Positions 1 through 9,148 of a stretch of DNA of 34,461 nucleotides are shown here, in pieces. The DNA is taken from the NCBI GenBank assembly GCA_964351355.1, contig CAYGNV010000003.1:1-34461 (forward strand), in the 5' to 3' direction. A program made the position numbers and the translations under genes. Numbering within the stretch: the stretch's first letter is position 1; each line of letters opens with the position of its first letter. A model generated the notes under the pieces. It searched no databases, had not been told where the DNA came from, and was given only the letters and a program-made list of their open reading frames with translations. This DNA comes from an uncultured Smithella sp. GTDB lineage: Bacteria; Desulfobacterota; Syntrophia; Syntrophales; Smithellaceae.

Positions 1-1244
1 TATTTTTCCGATCCGCCCAGATAGTGGTCCAGGTAATCGTGGATGTCGGGGTTCTCCCAATCTTTCTTATCGGGCGCCGTTGCCAGGATGCCGCCACCGA
101 TGTCCTGAACCAGCTCCAGGAAATTATGGTATTTGCTGGCAAAATGGAGTTTTGCCATATTGCAGATAAGAGGGTTCGGCACGGCGATGTCGCCATACAT
201 GACAGGGTCTTGAGCCGCTGCATTGGCAAGGGCGCGCAGCGTCTCCACGTATGCGGCGATATCCGCCAGTTTATCCATGATGTGGCTTACTTTATAAAGT
301 CCATTGTACTTGGCCATGGCGACGGCACAGCCCGCCATAACCTCCACGGCGGGAACTTTGTAACTGATGGCCGTAAAGCGATGGAAGGTGGCGAACGTGT
401 AAGCGAGGAGCATGGAGTACTGCCATTCTCCGCACATGAAAACCCGCTCCCAGGGGACAAAAACATTGTCAAAAACGATCATGGCTTCCGTCAGCTCACG
501 GACCGGCCGGTCGGCATGAAACTCATGATCAGACCATTTGCCACGCCCGCTGCGACAAATAAAGGTGATACCCGGGGTGTTGGCCGGGATAGCGAAACTT
601 AAGGCATAATCCGCCTCGTTTTCACGCATCTGCCGGGTAGGTACGACAATGATTTCGTTTGCTGCTGGGGCGCTGGTAATATGAATCTTAGCCCCCTTCA
701 CCACGATGCCGTCTTTGTTCTTATCCACAACGTGAAGATAATAATCGGGGTGCTTCTGTTTTGAAGGTTCTTTTCCCCGGTCTCCCTTGACGCAGGTGAC
801 AGCGCCACAGGTATGGAGATCATTCTTCCGCAAGTGCTCCAGGAAATTCAAGGCATTGTCCTGATACTGCTTTTTCCCCATCTGACCGGCAACGACAAAA
901 GCGGCATTGAGACAGTCGGTCCCGATATCCTTCCCGAAGGGGAGACCGCCGATCATTTCGATGGATCGCTGGATCATCTTGGTGCGGTTCATCAGATCTT
1001 CTTTGTTTCGCGGCGTAATGAAGTAGCGGTTGACCGGTTCGCCCGTTTGTGGATGAGGGGCGACAAAGATGTCCCGCAACGCCGGATCCGGCAATGAAGT
1101 CAGTTCATATCCTGCGGCGATGGTGTCGCAAGTGATGCCCAGGATCGGATGTTTGGTGATATCGCCCACTTTTTCCCCCCGGATGTAAACGCGCCGGCCA
1201 TCACGCAGGCTCTCCTTGTACTGCTCAACCGTACGGATTCCCAT
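1..1244 (-). CDS. AbfD/HpaB-family protein (4-hydroxybutyryl-CoA dehydratase-like), N-terminal 414 codons; the C-terminus runs off the left window edge
   Basis: Absent from the supplied ORF track because it has no stop in the window. My own minus-strand translation starts at ATG 1244..1242. The RBS GAAGGAGG (complement of 1253-1260) lies 8 nt upstream. The reading is uninterrupted: MGIRTVEQYKESLRDGRRVYIRGEKVGDITKHP...DKNKDGIVVKGAKIHITSAPAANEIIVVPTRQMRENEADYALSFAIP...VFDNVFVPWERVF...FHRFTAISYKV... This resembles the AbfD/HpaB family as I remember it. The + ORFs 24..602 and 813..1097 are antisense shadows. Confidence 0.8.
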   Translation of the reverse strand, partial: MGIRTVEQYKESLRDGRRVYIRGEKVGDITKHPILGITCDTIAAGYELTSLPDPALRDIFVAPHPQTGEPVNRYFITPRNKEDLMNRTKMIQRSIEMIGGLPFGKDIGTDCLNAAFVVAGQMGKKQYQDNALNFLEHLRKNDLHTCGAVTCVKGDRGKEPSKQKHPDYYLHVVDKNKDGIVVKGAKIHITSAPAANEIIVVPTRQMRENEADYALSFAIPANTPGITFICRSGRGKWSDHEFHADRPVRELTEAMIVFDNVFVPWERVFMCGEWQYSMLLAYTFATFHRFTAISYKVPAVEVMAGCAVAMAKYNGLYKVSHIMDKLADIAAYVETLRALANAAAQDPVMYGDIAVPNPLICNMAKLHFASKYHNFLELVQDIGGGILATAPDKKDWENPDIHDYLDHYLGGSEK

Positions 1245-1318
1245 AACTATTTCCTCCTTCTATTTTTAGATTATTTTCATCTATTCTACTCCTGATCCAG
1301 GATCTTACCCACGCTTGG

Positions 1319-2440
1319 TTATGCGATCCCCATGGATTTCCCCAACAGCGTGAGGATGGATTCAACCGGAAGGGATATATTCGGCCCCCCGGCCCCCAGG
1401 ATCATCTGACAGCCGGGACAATAAAGGCCCAAAACATCCGCGCCCGTATCCTGGGCCTGCTTCAGCCGCCGGTCCCGGAACTCGAATCCCGGCTTTCCCG
1501 TGCCCGTAATGGCGTAGGCGCCACAGCACAAGGCATTTTCCTTCGTATTTTCCATTTCGACGATTTTGATCCCCGGGATGGCGTTCAATATTTTCCGGGG
1601 AGAATCCGAGCCGGGCGTGATCCCCCGGACGAAGTGGCAGGGATCGTGAACGGTCACCGTCGCCTCGACCTCATGGAAAGGACCCAATTCATCAAGATGT
1701 CCGGCGATAAAATCGGTGATGAACGTCCATGGCCATGCAGTATCCGGGTGGTGATGATCAAATGTCATCTTGCACGTCGGACAGAAGATGACGACCTCTT
1801 CCGGGGAAAGGACATTCAGCCCGGCGATCAATCGATCAAATTGTCTCACGGCCTCTTCCGGGCGTCCAGCCATGAACTGGAGCTCTCCGCAACAGGAATC
1901 AAAACCTCCCATGACCCCGATTTCGGAATCTATACGCTGCATTATTTTAACGGTTGTAGCCAACACGCGTCCCTCGACTAAACCCCAGCAACTGGAATAA
2001 AGGACCGTTTTCACCGATTTCGGCGCCTCCCCGACGGCATTCGTGATCAGTCGGTCTGGTCTGTCAAGAAGTCCCCGGAATGAAGGGATCACACTTTCGA
2101 GCAGCTCTTTGCCTGAGCCGAGGATGGTGGCCACGCCTTTCGGTATCGGGTCTCCCAGTTCCCGGAGAATCGTCTTGCCGGAGCCGAAGCAGAGGCCGGG
2201 AGCAAGCCCCTGAGGGCAAATGGCGGTGCAGGTATTGCAGAACAGGCAGGAATAGATCCTTGTTCGGGCGAGATCCCCGATCTTCCCGTACCGGAACAGA
2301 TCGAGGATCTCTTCCATAATCTTTCCCGAATCAACGCCCCGGAGTTCTGTGTTTGCAACAATAGGACAGATTTCCACGCAGAGACCGCAGGCCGTGCAGT
2401 CTTCGGCAAAATGCCGGAGCATTTCTCTTGGATTCAACAT
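1319..2440 (-). CDS. Fe-S oxidoreductase, HdrD/GlpC/LutA-like (2x[4Fe-4S] ferredoxin motifs plus CCG-type Cys-rich domains)
   Basis: 373-aa ORF. It has the motifs CTACGLCVEICP and CLFCNTCTAICP, followed by the Cys-rich segments DSCCGELQ, LCCGAYA and YCPGCQ. It is co-directional with the AbfD-like gene and lies 74 nt upstream of it. Confidence 0.8.
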   Translation of the reverse strand: MLNPREMLRHFAEDCTACGLCVEICPIVANTELRGVDSGKIMEEILDLFRYGKIGDLARTRIYSCLFCNTCTAICPQGLAPGLCFGSGKTILRELGDPIPKGVATILGSGKELLESVIPSFRGLLDRPDRLITNAVGEAPKSVKTVLYSSCWGLVEGRVLATTVKIMQRIDSEIGVMGGFDSCCGELQFMAGRPEEAVRQFDRLIAGLNVLSPEEVVIFCPTCKMTFDHHHPDTAWPWTFITDFIAGHLDELGPFHEVEATVTVHDPCHFVRGITPGSDSPRKILNAIPGIKIVEMENTKENALCCGAYAITGTGKPGFEFRDRRLKQAQDTGADVLGLYCPGCQMILGAGGPNISLPVESILTLLGKSMGIA

Positions 2441-2561
2441 AGGCTCTTCTTTCTTCCTTTGTTATTTTATTGTGCGCTACTTACCGGACATGGCTTTCTT
2501 TGATAAGAATTCCTTTTTGCGGGAGGAGCATAAATTGAGGATGATGTCCCCCGAATCCAAC

Positions 2562-3461
2562 TCAATGAGGTTTGCGGCCTTCCTGTTTCATTTTGATCAT
2601 CTCTTCCATGAGCTTGCTATAGTCCTCACTGAGAATCTGATTGGGTTCTTCCAGAAGTGAGGCATCAAACATCAACTCCAACTTTTTGAGCTGCTCCATG
2701 GCTATCTGGTTCTGGCTGAAATTTCTGTCCATCCGCTCCACCAGCCCCTCCCCTGCTTGCTTAAGGTCACTCAAGTCGATATCCAGGCGGGTAAGGGCGA
2801 GGACGTTCTTCAATAGGTCGTAGCAGGTCTTGGCGCTATAATCCTGGATGTATAGCGGTACCCTGGCTGTGATTCCTGCGGCTTCAATTCCCTGCTCGCC
2901 GGCAAGAGACAACAGCACAGTCGTGAAGCTGCACGGCCCTTCATAATTGAGGAAAGGAGCAAAGGTCTTGATCTCATCTTTCAATCGCGGATGACTCACG
3001 ACAGCAAAGAATCTTGTTTCCCTGGTGTGAGGCACCTGGTCAAATACGCCGCCCAAGATATAGATCCTGGTGGCCTGGAAGCAACGAGCCAAGTCGAGGA
3101 TGGCCTGGGCATACTCGGGCCACTGCAAATTCGGCTCAACACCGGAGAAGAGAATCAGGTCGTGGCCGGCGCCGCTCTTCCAGAAGAAGAAATCATTTTG
3201 CGCCACGTCGAGCCTCTTGATGACCCCTTCTTCAATTCTGGCATGAGGCCGCAGGCTCTGCTCCGGACTGGAGCTTGGAATCTGATAAATATGGAAGTCA
3301 CGTGACTCTATATGTGCAAATTTACGCGCATGTAGCTTGCGACACAAATAGTCGATACTGCCTGTGGAAACCTCGCCCGCATTCAGCCAGCCCCGGAAGC
3401 CAACCACAATATATGGAGACAAAAGTTCAGGCTGATTTTGCATTACAAGACGACTGTCCAT
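2562..3461 (-). CDS. PAC2 (proteasome assembly chaperone 2-like) family protein
   Basis: The track ORF 2562..3494 opens with TTG. I prefer the ATG at 3461 (MDSRLVMQ...), which is preceded by GGAAAGGGA. The segment IVVGFRGWLNAGEVSTGSIDYL and the ~300 aa size resemble PAC2-family proteins. This is recognition from memory only. Confidence 0.55.
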   Translation of the reverse strand: MDSRLVMQNQPELLSPYIVVGFRGWLNAGEVSTGSIDYLCRKLHARKFAHIESRDFHIYQIPSSSPEQSLRPHARIEEGVIKRLDVAQNDFFFWKSGAGHDLILFSGVEPNLQWPEYAQAILDLARCFQATRIYILGGVFDQVPHTRETRFFAVVSHPRLKDEIKTFAPFLNYEGPCSFTTVLLSLAGEQGIEAAGITARVPLYIQDYSAKTCYDLLKNVLALTRLDIDLSDLKQAGEGLVERMDRNFSQNQIAMEQLKKLELMFDASLLEEPNQILSEDYSKLMEEMIKMKQEGRKPH

Positions 3462-3545
3462 CCTTTTTTTCCCTTTCCGGAGTAAGTCTGGCAACCTATT
3501 TTCCCAGACACGACGGGTTGATCTTTTGTTTCTTTGTTTGTGTTG

Positions 3546-4328
3546 TCAGGATTCCAATGTGACTGCCTTGAGCGTGACACCGCCATCGACGACAATCGTT
3601 ATCCCTACGACATAGTCTCCGGCTCGGGATGCCAGATAGATCGCCGCCCCGGCCATGTCCTCATCGCGCCCGATGCGTTTTGCTGGAATTCTTGCAGCGA
3701 CCATATCTGATTGGTCACGAGCAAGCTTGTTCATTTCCGATGCAAATGCCCCTGGCGCGATTCCACTAACAACGATATTGTCTTTGATCAAGCGCAAAGC
3801 CATCCGCCGGGTCAAATGGATCAGACCTGCTTTACTTGCGGCATAAGAATAAGTCTCCAAAGGATTGACAATGACGCCATCAATCGAGGAAATATTGATG
3901 ATTTTTGCCGGCTGGTCTTCAGCCGCTTTTCGCAATTGCTTGATGAGGGCCTGGCTCAAAAAGAACGGCGTCTTCATATTAAGGTCAACGACCTTATCCC
4001 ACCCTTTTTCGGAATGGTCATCGAAAGCTTCCCCCCATGCAGCCCCCGCATTGTTCACAAGGATATCGAGCTTTTCTTCCCGCGAGACAAATTTACTGGC
4101 AAGGGCATTTACTCCCTCTACCGAAGAAACATCGGCCGGTAGAGAAATACACGTACCCAAGGCTGAGAGTTCTGCGGCTGTCTGATCGCAAGCATCAGCC
4201 TTGCGCGATGATATATAGACACGCGCGCCTTGTTCGAGAAATCCCGTTGCGATCATACGGCCAATCCCGCGCGAACCACCCGTTATGAGTGCCGTGCGCC
4301 CCTTGAGAGAAAATAATTCATTCATCAT
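3546..4328 (-). CDS. Short-chain dehydrogenase/reductase (SDR) family oxidoreductase
   Basis: Motifs: TGGSRGIG (TGxxxGxG), NNAG and YSYAASK (YxxxK). The track ORF opens with GTG at 4343. I prefer the ATG at 4328, which lies 5 nt after GGAGGAGG (complement of 4334-4341). Confidence 0.9.
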   Translation of the reverse strand: MMNELFSLKGRTALITGGSRGIGRMIATGFLEQGARVYISSRKADACDQTAAELSALGTCISLPADVSSVEGVNALASKFVSREEKLDILVNNAGAAWGEAFDDHSEKGWDKVVDLNMKTPFFLSQALIKQLRKAAEDQPAKIINISSIDGVIVNPLETYSYAASKAGLIHLTRRMALRLIKDNIVVSGIAPGAFASEMNKLARDQSDMVAARIPAKRIGRDEDMAGAAIYLASRAGDYVVGITIVVDGGVTLKAVTLES

Positions 4329-4395
4329 CCAAGCCTCCTCCACGTGGTTAATTAATTGCTTCTTCTTATATAATGGTTATTCAAAACGACATGGT

Positions 4396-4412
4396 ATGTC
4401 AATGAAATAATG
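4396..4412 (+). repeat. Left copy of the 17-nt direct repeat ATGTCAATGAAATAATG bracketing the defence island
   Basis: 16/17 identical to 17834..17850 in the same orientation. Its complement contains TTGACAT in a -35-like position upstream of the SDR gene. Part of it is locally duplicated: ATGAAATAATGA occurs at 4402-4413 and again at 4416-4427. Confidence 0.6.
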
Positions 4413-4544
4413 AACATGAAATAATGATCACAAAACAAGGAAACAAGCATGGTGAATAAAATTTTTCGATGATTTGCATTTGAAATGATTAATCTGAAAT
4501 TAAGTTTCGGGCACGGGCATTGCCGTTAAGTAATGTTCAGAGCA

Positions 4545-6620
4545 TCATATCCTTAGATCATCAAGAAACTCAGATGGCGAGTCGCCGCAGGTGATCAGCA
4601 ATTGATCGCGGGCGCGGGTGCAGGCGACATAGAGCAGGTGCCGCTCTGTGTTATAGACTTCTTCCAGATCGGCATCATCGCCCGCCGTTTCGATGCGCCC
4701 TTGCAGTGGGATCACTTCATCGTCACAGGCCATCACGCAAACAGCCCGGAACTCAAGCCCCTTGGCCAGATGCATCGTGCTGATAGATACTTGTCCGCTG
4801 GCTGTTTCGACTGTATCGTCGAGAATCCGATAGGCAACTTGCGATTTTTCCAGTGCCGCTTTCGCTCGCGGCAGTTGAGTATCCGAGCGGACAAACACAC
4901 CGATTTCATACGGTCGTGTGCCCTCACTGATTCTATCTGAGAGCCATTTTGCGACCGCATCTATTTCCTTCTCCTGCGAGTCGCAAACCAGAATCGCCGG
5001 TTTCGGGCCGTTAAAAACGGAAACAATACCGCGACGCTCTTCCTTGTTGCCGTCCACATCCATTATTTCTTTGCCTAAAAGTCTGTCGGCCTGCATCCGG
5101 ATTTGATGGGATGTCCGATAATTAATCCTAAGTGTCCGGGAACGTCCTCGAATATCGACACCCAGCGCCTTCCAGGAAAAAGGCTGCTGGAAAATCCGCT
5201 GCCCAAGATCACCGGCAAAGAAAAGGCTGTTTGGACGACCGGAACCCAAGGCGGCAAGAAACCGCAGTTGAGAAATGCTGATATCCTGCGCCTCGTCCAC
5301 CACAATATAATTAAAAGACAGTTTTTTGCTTTTGGTAAAATGATCCGCCAGACGGGTGAAGATGTCCGCATAGGTCAAAAGATTACCGGCTTGAAGCTTT
5401 GCGCGGACTTTTTCAAATATTAACCAGAGAATGACACGCTGCTTTTCCGGTAGCCGTGATTTTCGTCCCAGGCGACGGGCATCGCGGTATTCTTCCCAAG
5501 AATTCAGTTGCCAGGCATCCACCACATCTTTCCATTCCGTAATTAAGAAAGACAGCGGGAATTTATGACCGGAAACATCGTTTGAGGCTTCTTTCATGAT
5601 CTTGGCAATTTCCGCATCGGATGCAATGCGTGTCCGGCCATAGTTTGCTTCATAAAGCCTCAATCCAATCTCATTGAGGGCTACGCATTCCAGGCGTTCA
5701 CCTATTCGAGGCGCATTGCTGATCAGGCGTCTCATCCTCAAACGCAGAGCATTGGCCAGAGTATCTGAAAAAGTGGTTAAGAGCACACGGGCATCGGGAT
5801 TTGACCGCGCAAGAAACACGGCCCGATGAAGAGCGACGATGGTCTTGCCTGTGCCTGCCGAACCGGACACGCGCGCCGGGCCGCTATAATCTTTTTCCAC
5901 CATTTGCCGTTGCGCCGGATGGAGAAAAACAATCCATTTTTCCCAGGGGTATTCGAAGGCGCATTCCAGTTCTTCAATGTTGTGCATCGTGCGAAAACGG
6001 CGCTCGGCATCGGGATGTTTGAACGGGTCAGAACCAACGGCAGCAGGCGGCATGATTTGCGGCAGCGTTCCGGTGGCCAGACACAACAGAGCTTCCGCCG
6101 CTTCGCCAGGCAGATGGTCGGCCAATTCCAGAACTGTATCTTCGTTGGCTTTGCGCACATCATCAAGCCATTCAGGCGGCACACCGTATTTCAGCAGTTC
6201 CAAATCGGAATAATTGGCAAATAAAGGTTTCTTCTCTGAAACTGTCGACTTTGGAGCTTCGGCGTATGATGGGATGATCACTTCTTTGACGGTTTCCCGA
6301 ATCTCAACCAATTGCGCCGCTCCGGTCTGCGGGTGCGTTTCCAGCTTCCGACATTCGGCCCATTGATAAGCATGGTCATGATGAGCGACATAACATAAAA
6401 GCAGGCTGCTTTCCGTTTTATGCACAATCAAACGCAAATCGCTGCTGACACGGACAGACCAGAAGCGTTTGTCTTTTGCCTTTTCCAGTTTGTGAAACTT
6501 CATCCCCGGACTGGCCGGGTTTACTTGAAGATCAAAGGCAGTCGTTTTGACCGCTTTCTGCTCTTCGTTTGCCAGTTTGGATAAACTGTCGGTAAATGTA
6601 TCGGCAATAAGGAAGTTCAT
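4545..6620 (-). CDS. UvrD/Rep-type SF1 helicase with an N-terminal RelE/ParE-like toxin-fold domain
   Basis: 691 aa. Helicase motifs: GSAGTGKT (Walker A), VVDEAQD (II), GDLGQRIF (III), NYRTSHQI (IV), TMHLAKGLEF (V/VI) and YVACTRARD. The N-terminal ~95 aa (GMKFHKLEKAKDKRFWSVRVSSDLRLIVHKTESSLLLCYVAHHDHAY) resemble the RelE/ParE consensus. The start ATG overlaps the upstream S8 stop by 1 nt (TAATG at 6620). Confidence 0.85.
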   Translation of the reverse strand: MNFLIADTFTDSLSKLANEEQKAVKTTAFDLQVNPASPGMKFHKLEKAKDKRFWSVRVSSDLRLIVHKTESSLLLCYVAHHDHAYQWAECRKLETHPQTGAAQLVEIRETVKEVIIPSYAEAPKSTVSEKKPLFANYSDLELLKYGVPPEWLDDVRKANEDTVLELADHLPGEAAEALLCLATGTLPQIMPPAAVGSDPFKHPDAERRFRTMHNIEELECAFEYPWEKWIVFLHPAQRQMVEKDYSGPARVSGSAGTGKTIVALHRAVFLARSNPDARVLLTTFSDTLANALRLRMRRLISNAPRIGERLECVALNEIGLRLYEANYGRTRIASDAEIAKIMKEASNDVSGHKFPLSFLITEWKDVVDAWQLNSWEEYRDARRLGRKSRLPEKQRVILWLIFEKVRAKLQAGNLLTYADIFTRLADHFTKSKKLSFNYIVVDEAQDISISQLRFLAALGSGRPNSLFFAGDLGQRIFQQPFSWKALGVDIRGRSRTLRINYRTSHQIRMQADRLLGKEIMDVDGNKEERRGIVSVFNGPKPAILVCDSQEKEIDAVAKWLSDRISEGTRPYEIGVFVRSDTQLPRAKAALEKSQVAYRILDDTVETASGQVSISTMHLAKGLEFRAVCVMACDDEVIPLQGRIETAGDDADLEEVYNTERHLLYVACTRARDQLLITCGDSPSEFLDDLRI

Positions 6621-9127
6621 TAAACCTCCACAAGTACCGGAATAGAAATCATATTGGCTATAATCGTATAAAGATCTACGTCAACCCCTGGCGCGCGAAT
6701 CGAGATAATCAAAGAGTAACGTGCTGCTTTGTTGTAACCTTCTAAACGTTTTCGTGTCTTCCACCAGCCGAGTGCCGGATAGACTGCCACAACACCACGA
6801 CTGGCAAGATCAACCGCACTGCCCTTCCAAATATCTGAATGGATCGATCCTTTATGACGATTTTGTTTTCCAATTATCCAGTTTAAATCATCCCCGCCGG
6901 TACGCGTACCCTCTTCCTCATTGCGTGCTGCCGCATTGATTCTTGCACGAAAATCATCTTCTGATTCATGTTGGCGTTTGACATCAAAACGTAACCCATG
7001 AGACTCATAGCGATATCTTGAACGAACACCCCTCGCTGAAGGATTGGGCTCTATAAAATAAGATAATGTTACACGCATCTCGACCTGCGCTTCGCCAAGC
7101 GCTTCAAGTTCTGCCAACGGCCAAGGAAGTTGATGCAGATTCATATCTCTCATAGTTGGCTCTTTGCCGTCTTCACGCTGGAACGGATGTAAGGAGGATT
7201 CAACAACCATTGTAAGTGAGTTCGATACGCTCCAAATAGCGCGTTCTAAACTTGGAACACCCATGCCGCAGTGACGAACAAGCTGCGCATAATCAGTCTT
7301 TAATGGTGTGGAATTAGTTGGCAGAAACATTTTTCGCATGTCATCTGTCCATTCCGCAGAGTGCACTATCAAACCGCGTATAGTTTCTGGCCATTGTTCC
7401 GGATATGCTGCCATTAATTGAGCTGCCATGCGGGCGGCAAGAGCCATTGCTGCGCTTGTGGCATTAGTGGTTGTAAATAACCGTACATGCGGCATATGGT
7501 AAGTTGATAGAAGACTTAAACTGGACGTCCTTACTGCACTTGAATTATCTTTTGCGGCGTTGCCACCTTCGCATAATACATCTGGTTTCAATGGCCAATG
7601 TGGTTCCCATATAGTTGATGTTGAGCTGAATGGGCTTAGACCACCTTCTCGCGCAATTGCCTCATATGCGATTGTGTCCGGTTCGGTAATATTGGTAAGA
7701 TTAGTATAGGCCCCCACAGTTAAAGCATTCCATGCTTGCGCAGGGTCATGAATTCCATCCGTACTGTTGCTATTTGGATATTCCATCCATGCATTAGAAT
7801 CATCAACATTGCCAGCTGATACAACCATCAGTCGAGGTGTTTTTCCATAACCTTCTGCATCCACAGCCAGACTGTCAAGAGCAGCTGACCATGCCGAGGG
7901 ACGGCCACGATCTCTGCCATCCCTGGCGGTCACTGCCATACCGAACACACGTTGTCGGTATGGATCGGTTATTTCCGGACGTGCAACCGCTTCGATAGTC
8001 AAATAACCATGATGTTTAGAATCGCCGATATTACTACCATCAAAGGGCAACAATTTAACAGACTCCAGGCGATGTCTTATATCAATGAAATCTCTTGAAA
8101 TAAGCACATCCGTCAAATCCCCCCAAATAGCAAGACCTGCCATAGCAGTTCCGTGTCCGGCAACATCATTAGTTCCCCATGCAGGCTCTACAGTATGCAA
8201 ATCGGCATCGTTTAGAACAGGTGCAAGCAATGGGTTGCCATTATTGATTCCGGTATCTAAAAGGCAGACATAAGGCACTTGTTCGCCAGCCCCAGGAAAT
8301 TGACAACGGCCCTGTAATTCGTTCATCCAGGCGGTTTGCTCTTCGGTAGGTAATTCATCAAATAAATCAGCCGTTTCTTTTGCACGCCTGAGTTCAGCGA
8401 TACTATTTAGCACCATCATGGACCGTTTTATAGCGAACGCTGAAGTGTAAATAAGCAATATTGTCCGCTCTGGAAAATCAAGGCGACCTGGCGCAACATG
8501 GATACCGTGCGCCTCAGCCAATCTACAAAAATTCCCAACTGTAGCAGAACGGTCACTGCGCACTGGAAGCCATGCCTCCCACCAGAAAACTTCATCATCG
8601 TTTATAGGAAAAACTTCTGTATTATCTGTCCAGAGCGCTTTGAGCGTGGCAGTACGAATACTTTGAATAGTATTGATAAGCGCTTTATTATCGCGTGATC
8701 GACCTTGGGCATCTTTTTTTTCTTGAATATAGGAGGTAATTTTCTTTTCAAAATTTGTCAGTTTTCCGTCCGGCACAAAAACCGTAGCGAAGGTACGGCC
8801 TTCTTCAAAGCGTACATTCAATAACTCGATGCCTGAATTTTCCAGCGATAGGCTTTCGAAAGCTAACGTAATATCTGGAAAACTTTCAAATTCCACAGGT
8901 AAACCAAAACCATCTTCAAATCCAGCAATCTTTTGGATATTGCGGGCACTTTCAAATTCAGGCTTTAAAGAATTGATTTGCTCCAGCAAATTATTGCCAT
9001 GCTGCAGACGATCTCTTTCCTGAATTGTTGGTTTCTCAATTCTTAGTCGTGGCGTGACAAATCGTTCAGTTATGGTATAGCCTTGCAGTATAAAGTGTTT
9101 TTGCTTATTATCGGTTTGGTCGGGCAT
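6620..9127 (-). CDS. S8 (subtilisin-like) serine peptidase, IetS-like
   Basis: 835 aa with an ordered catalytic triad context: CLLDTGIN (Asp), AGHGTAMAG (His) and NATSAAMALA (Ser). There are large unassigned N-terminal (~280 aa) and C-terminal regions. RBS AAGGAG is upstream. The gene lies 21 nt after the AAA ATPase gene. Confidence 0.85.
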   Translation of the reverse strand: MPDQTDNKQKHFILQGYTITERFVTPRLRIEKPTIQERDRLQHGNNLLEQINSLKPEFESARNIQKIAGFEDGFGLPVEFESFPDITLAFESLSLENSGIELLNVRFEEGRTFATVFVPDGKLTNFEKKITSYIQEKKDAQGRSRDNKALINTIQSIRTATLKALWTDNTEVFPINDDEVFWWEAWLPVRSDRSATVGNFCRLAEAHGIHVAPGRLDFPERTILLIYTSAFAIKRSMMVLNSIAELRRAKETADLFDELPTEEQTAWMNELQGRCQFPGAGEQVPYVCLLDTGINNGNPLLAPVLNDADLHTVEPAWGTNDVAGHGTAMAGLAIWGDLTDVLISRDFIDIRHRLESVKLLPFDGSNIGDSKHHGYLTIEAVARPEITDPYRQRVFGMAVTARDGRDRGRPSAWSAALDSLAVDAEGYGKTPRLMVVSAGNVDDSNAWMEYPNSNSTDGIHDPAQAWNALTVGAYTNLTNITEPDTIAYEAIAREGGLSPFSSTSTIWEPHWPLKPDVLCEGGNAAKDNSSAVRTSSLSLLSTYHMPHVRLFTTTNATSAAMALAARMAAQLMAAYPEQWPETIRGLIVHSAEWTDDMRKMFLPTNSTPLKTDYAQLVRHCGMGVPSLERAIWSVSNSLTMVVESSLHPFQREDGKEPTMRDMNLHQLPWPLAELEALGEAQVEMRVTLSYFIEPNPSARGVRSRYRYESHGLRFDVKRQHESEDDFRARINAAARNEEEGTRTGGDDLNWIIGKQNRHKGSIHSDIWKGSAVDLASRGVVAVYPALGWWKTRKRLEGYNKAARYSLIISIRAPGVDVDLYTIIANMISIPVLVEV

Positions 9128-9148
9128 TAATAGGGAAGCACTCCTTTT

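Noticed and set aside
24-1097. Plus-strand ORFs 24..602 and 813..1097
   Set aside because: They lie antisense to the continuous 414-codon AbfD-like reading frame on the minus strand. Their translations have no family features.
4505-4535. Possible terminator hairpin downstream of the helicase stop (ACGGCAATGCCCGT region)
   Set aside because: Only 4-5 imperfect base pairs and no U-tract. It is not convincing as an intrinsic terminator.
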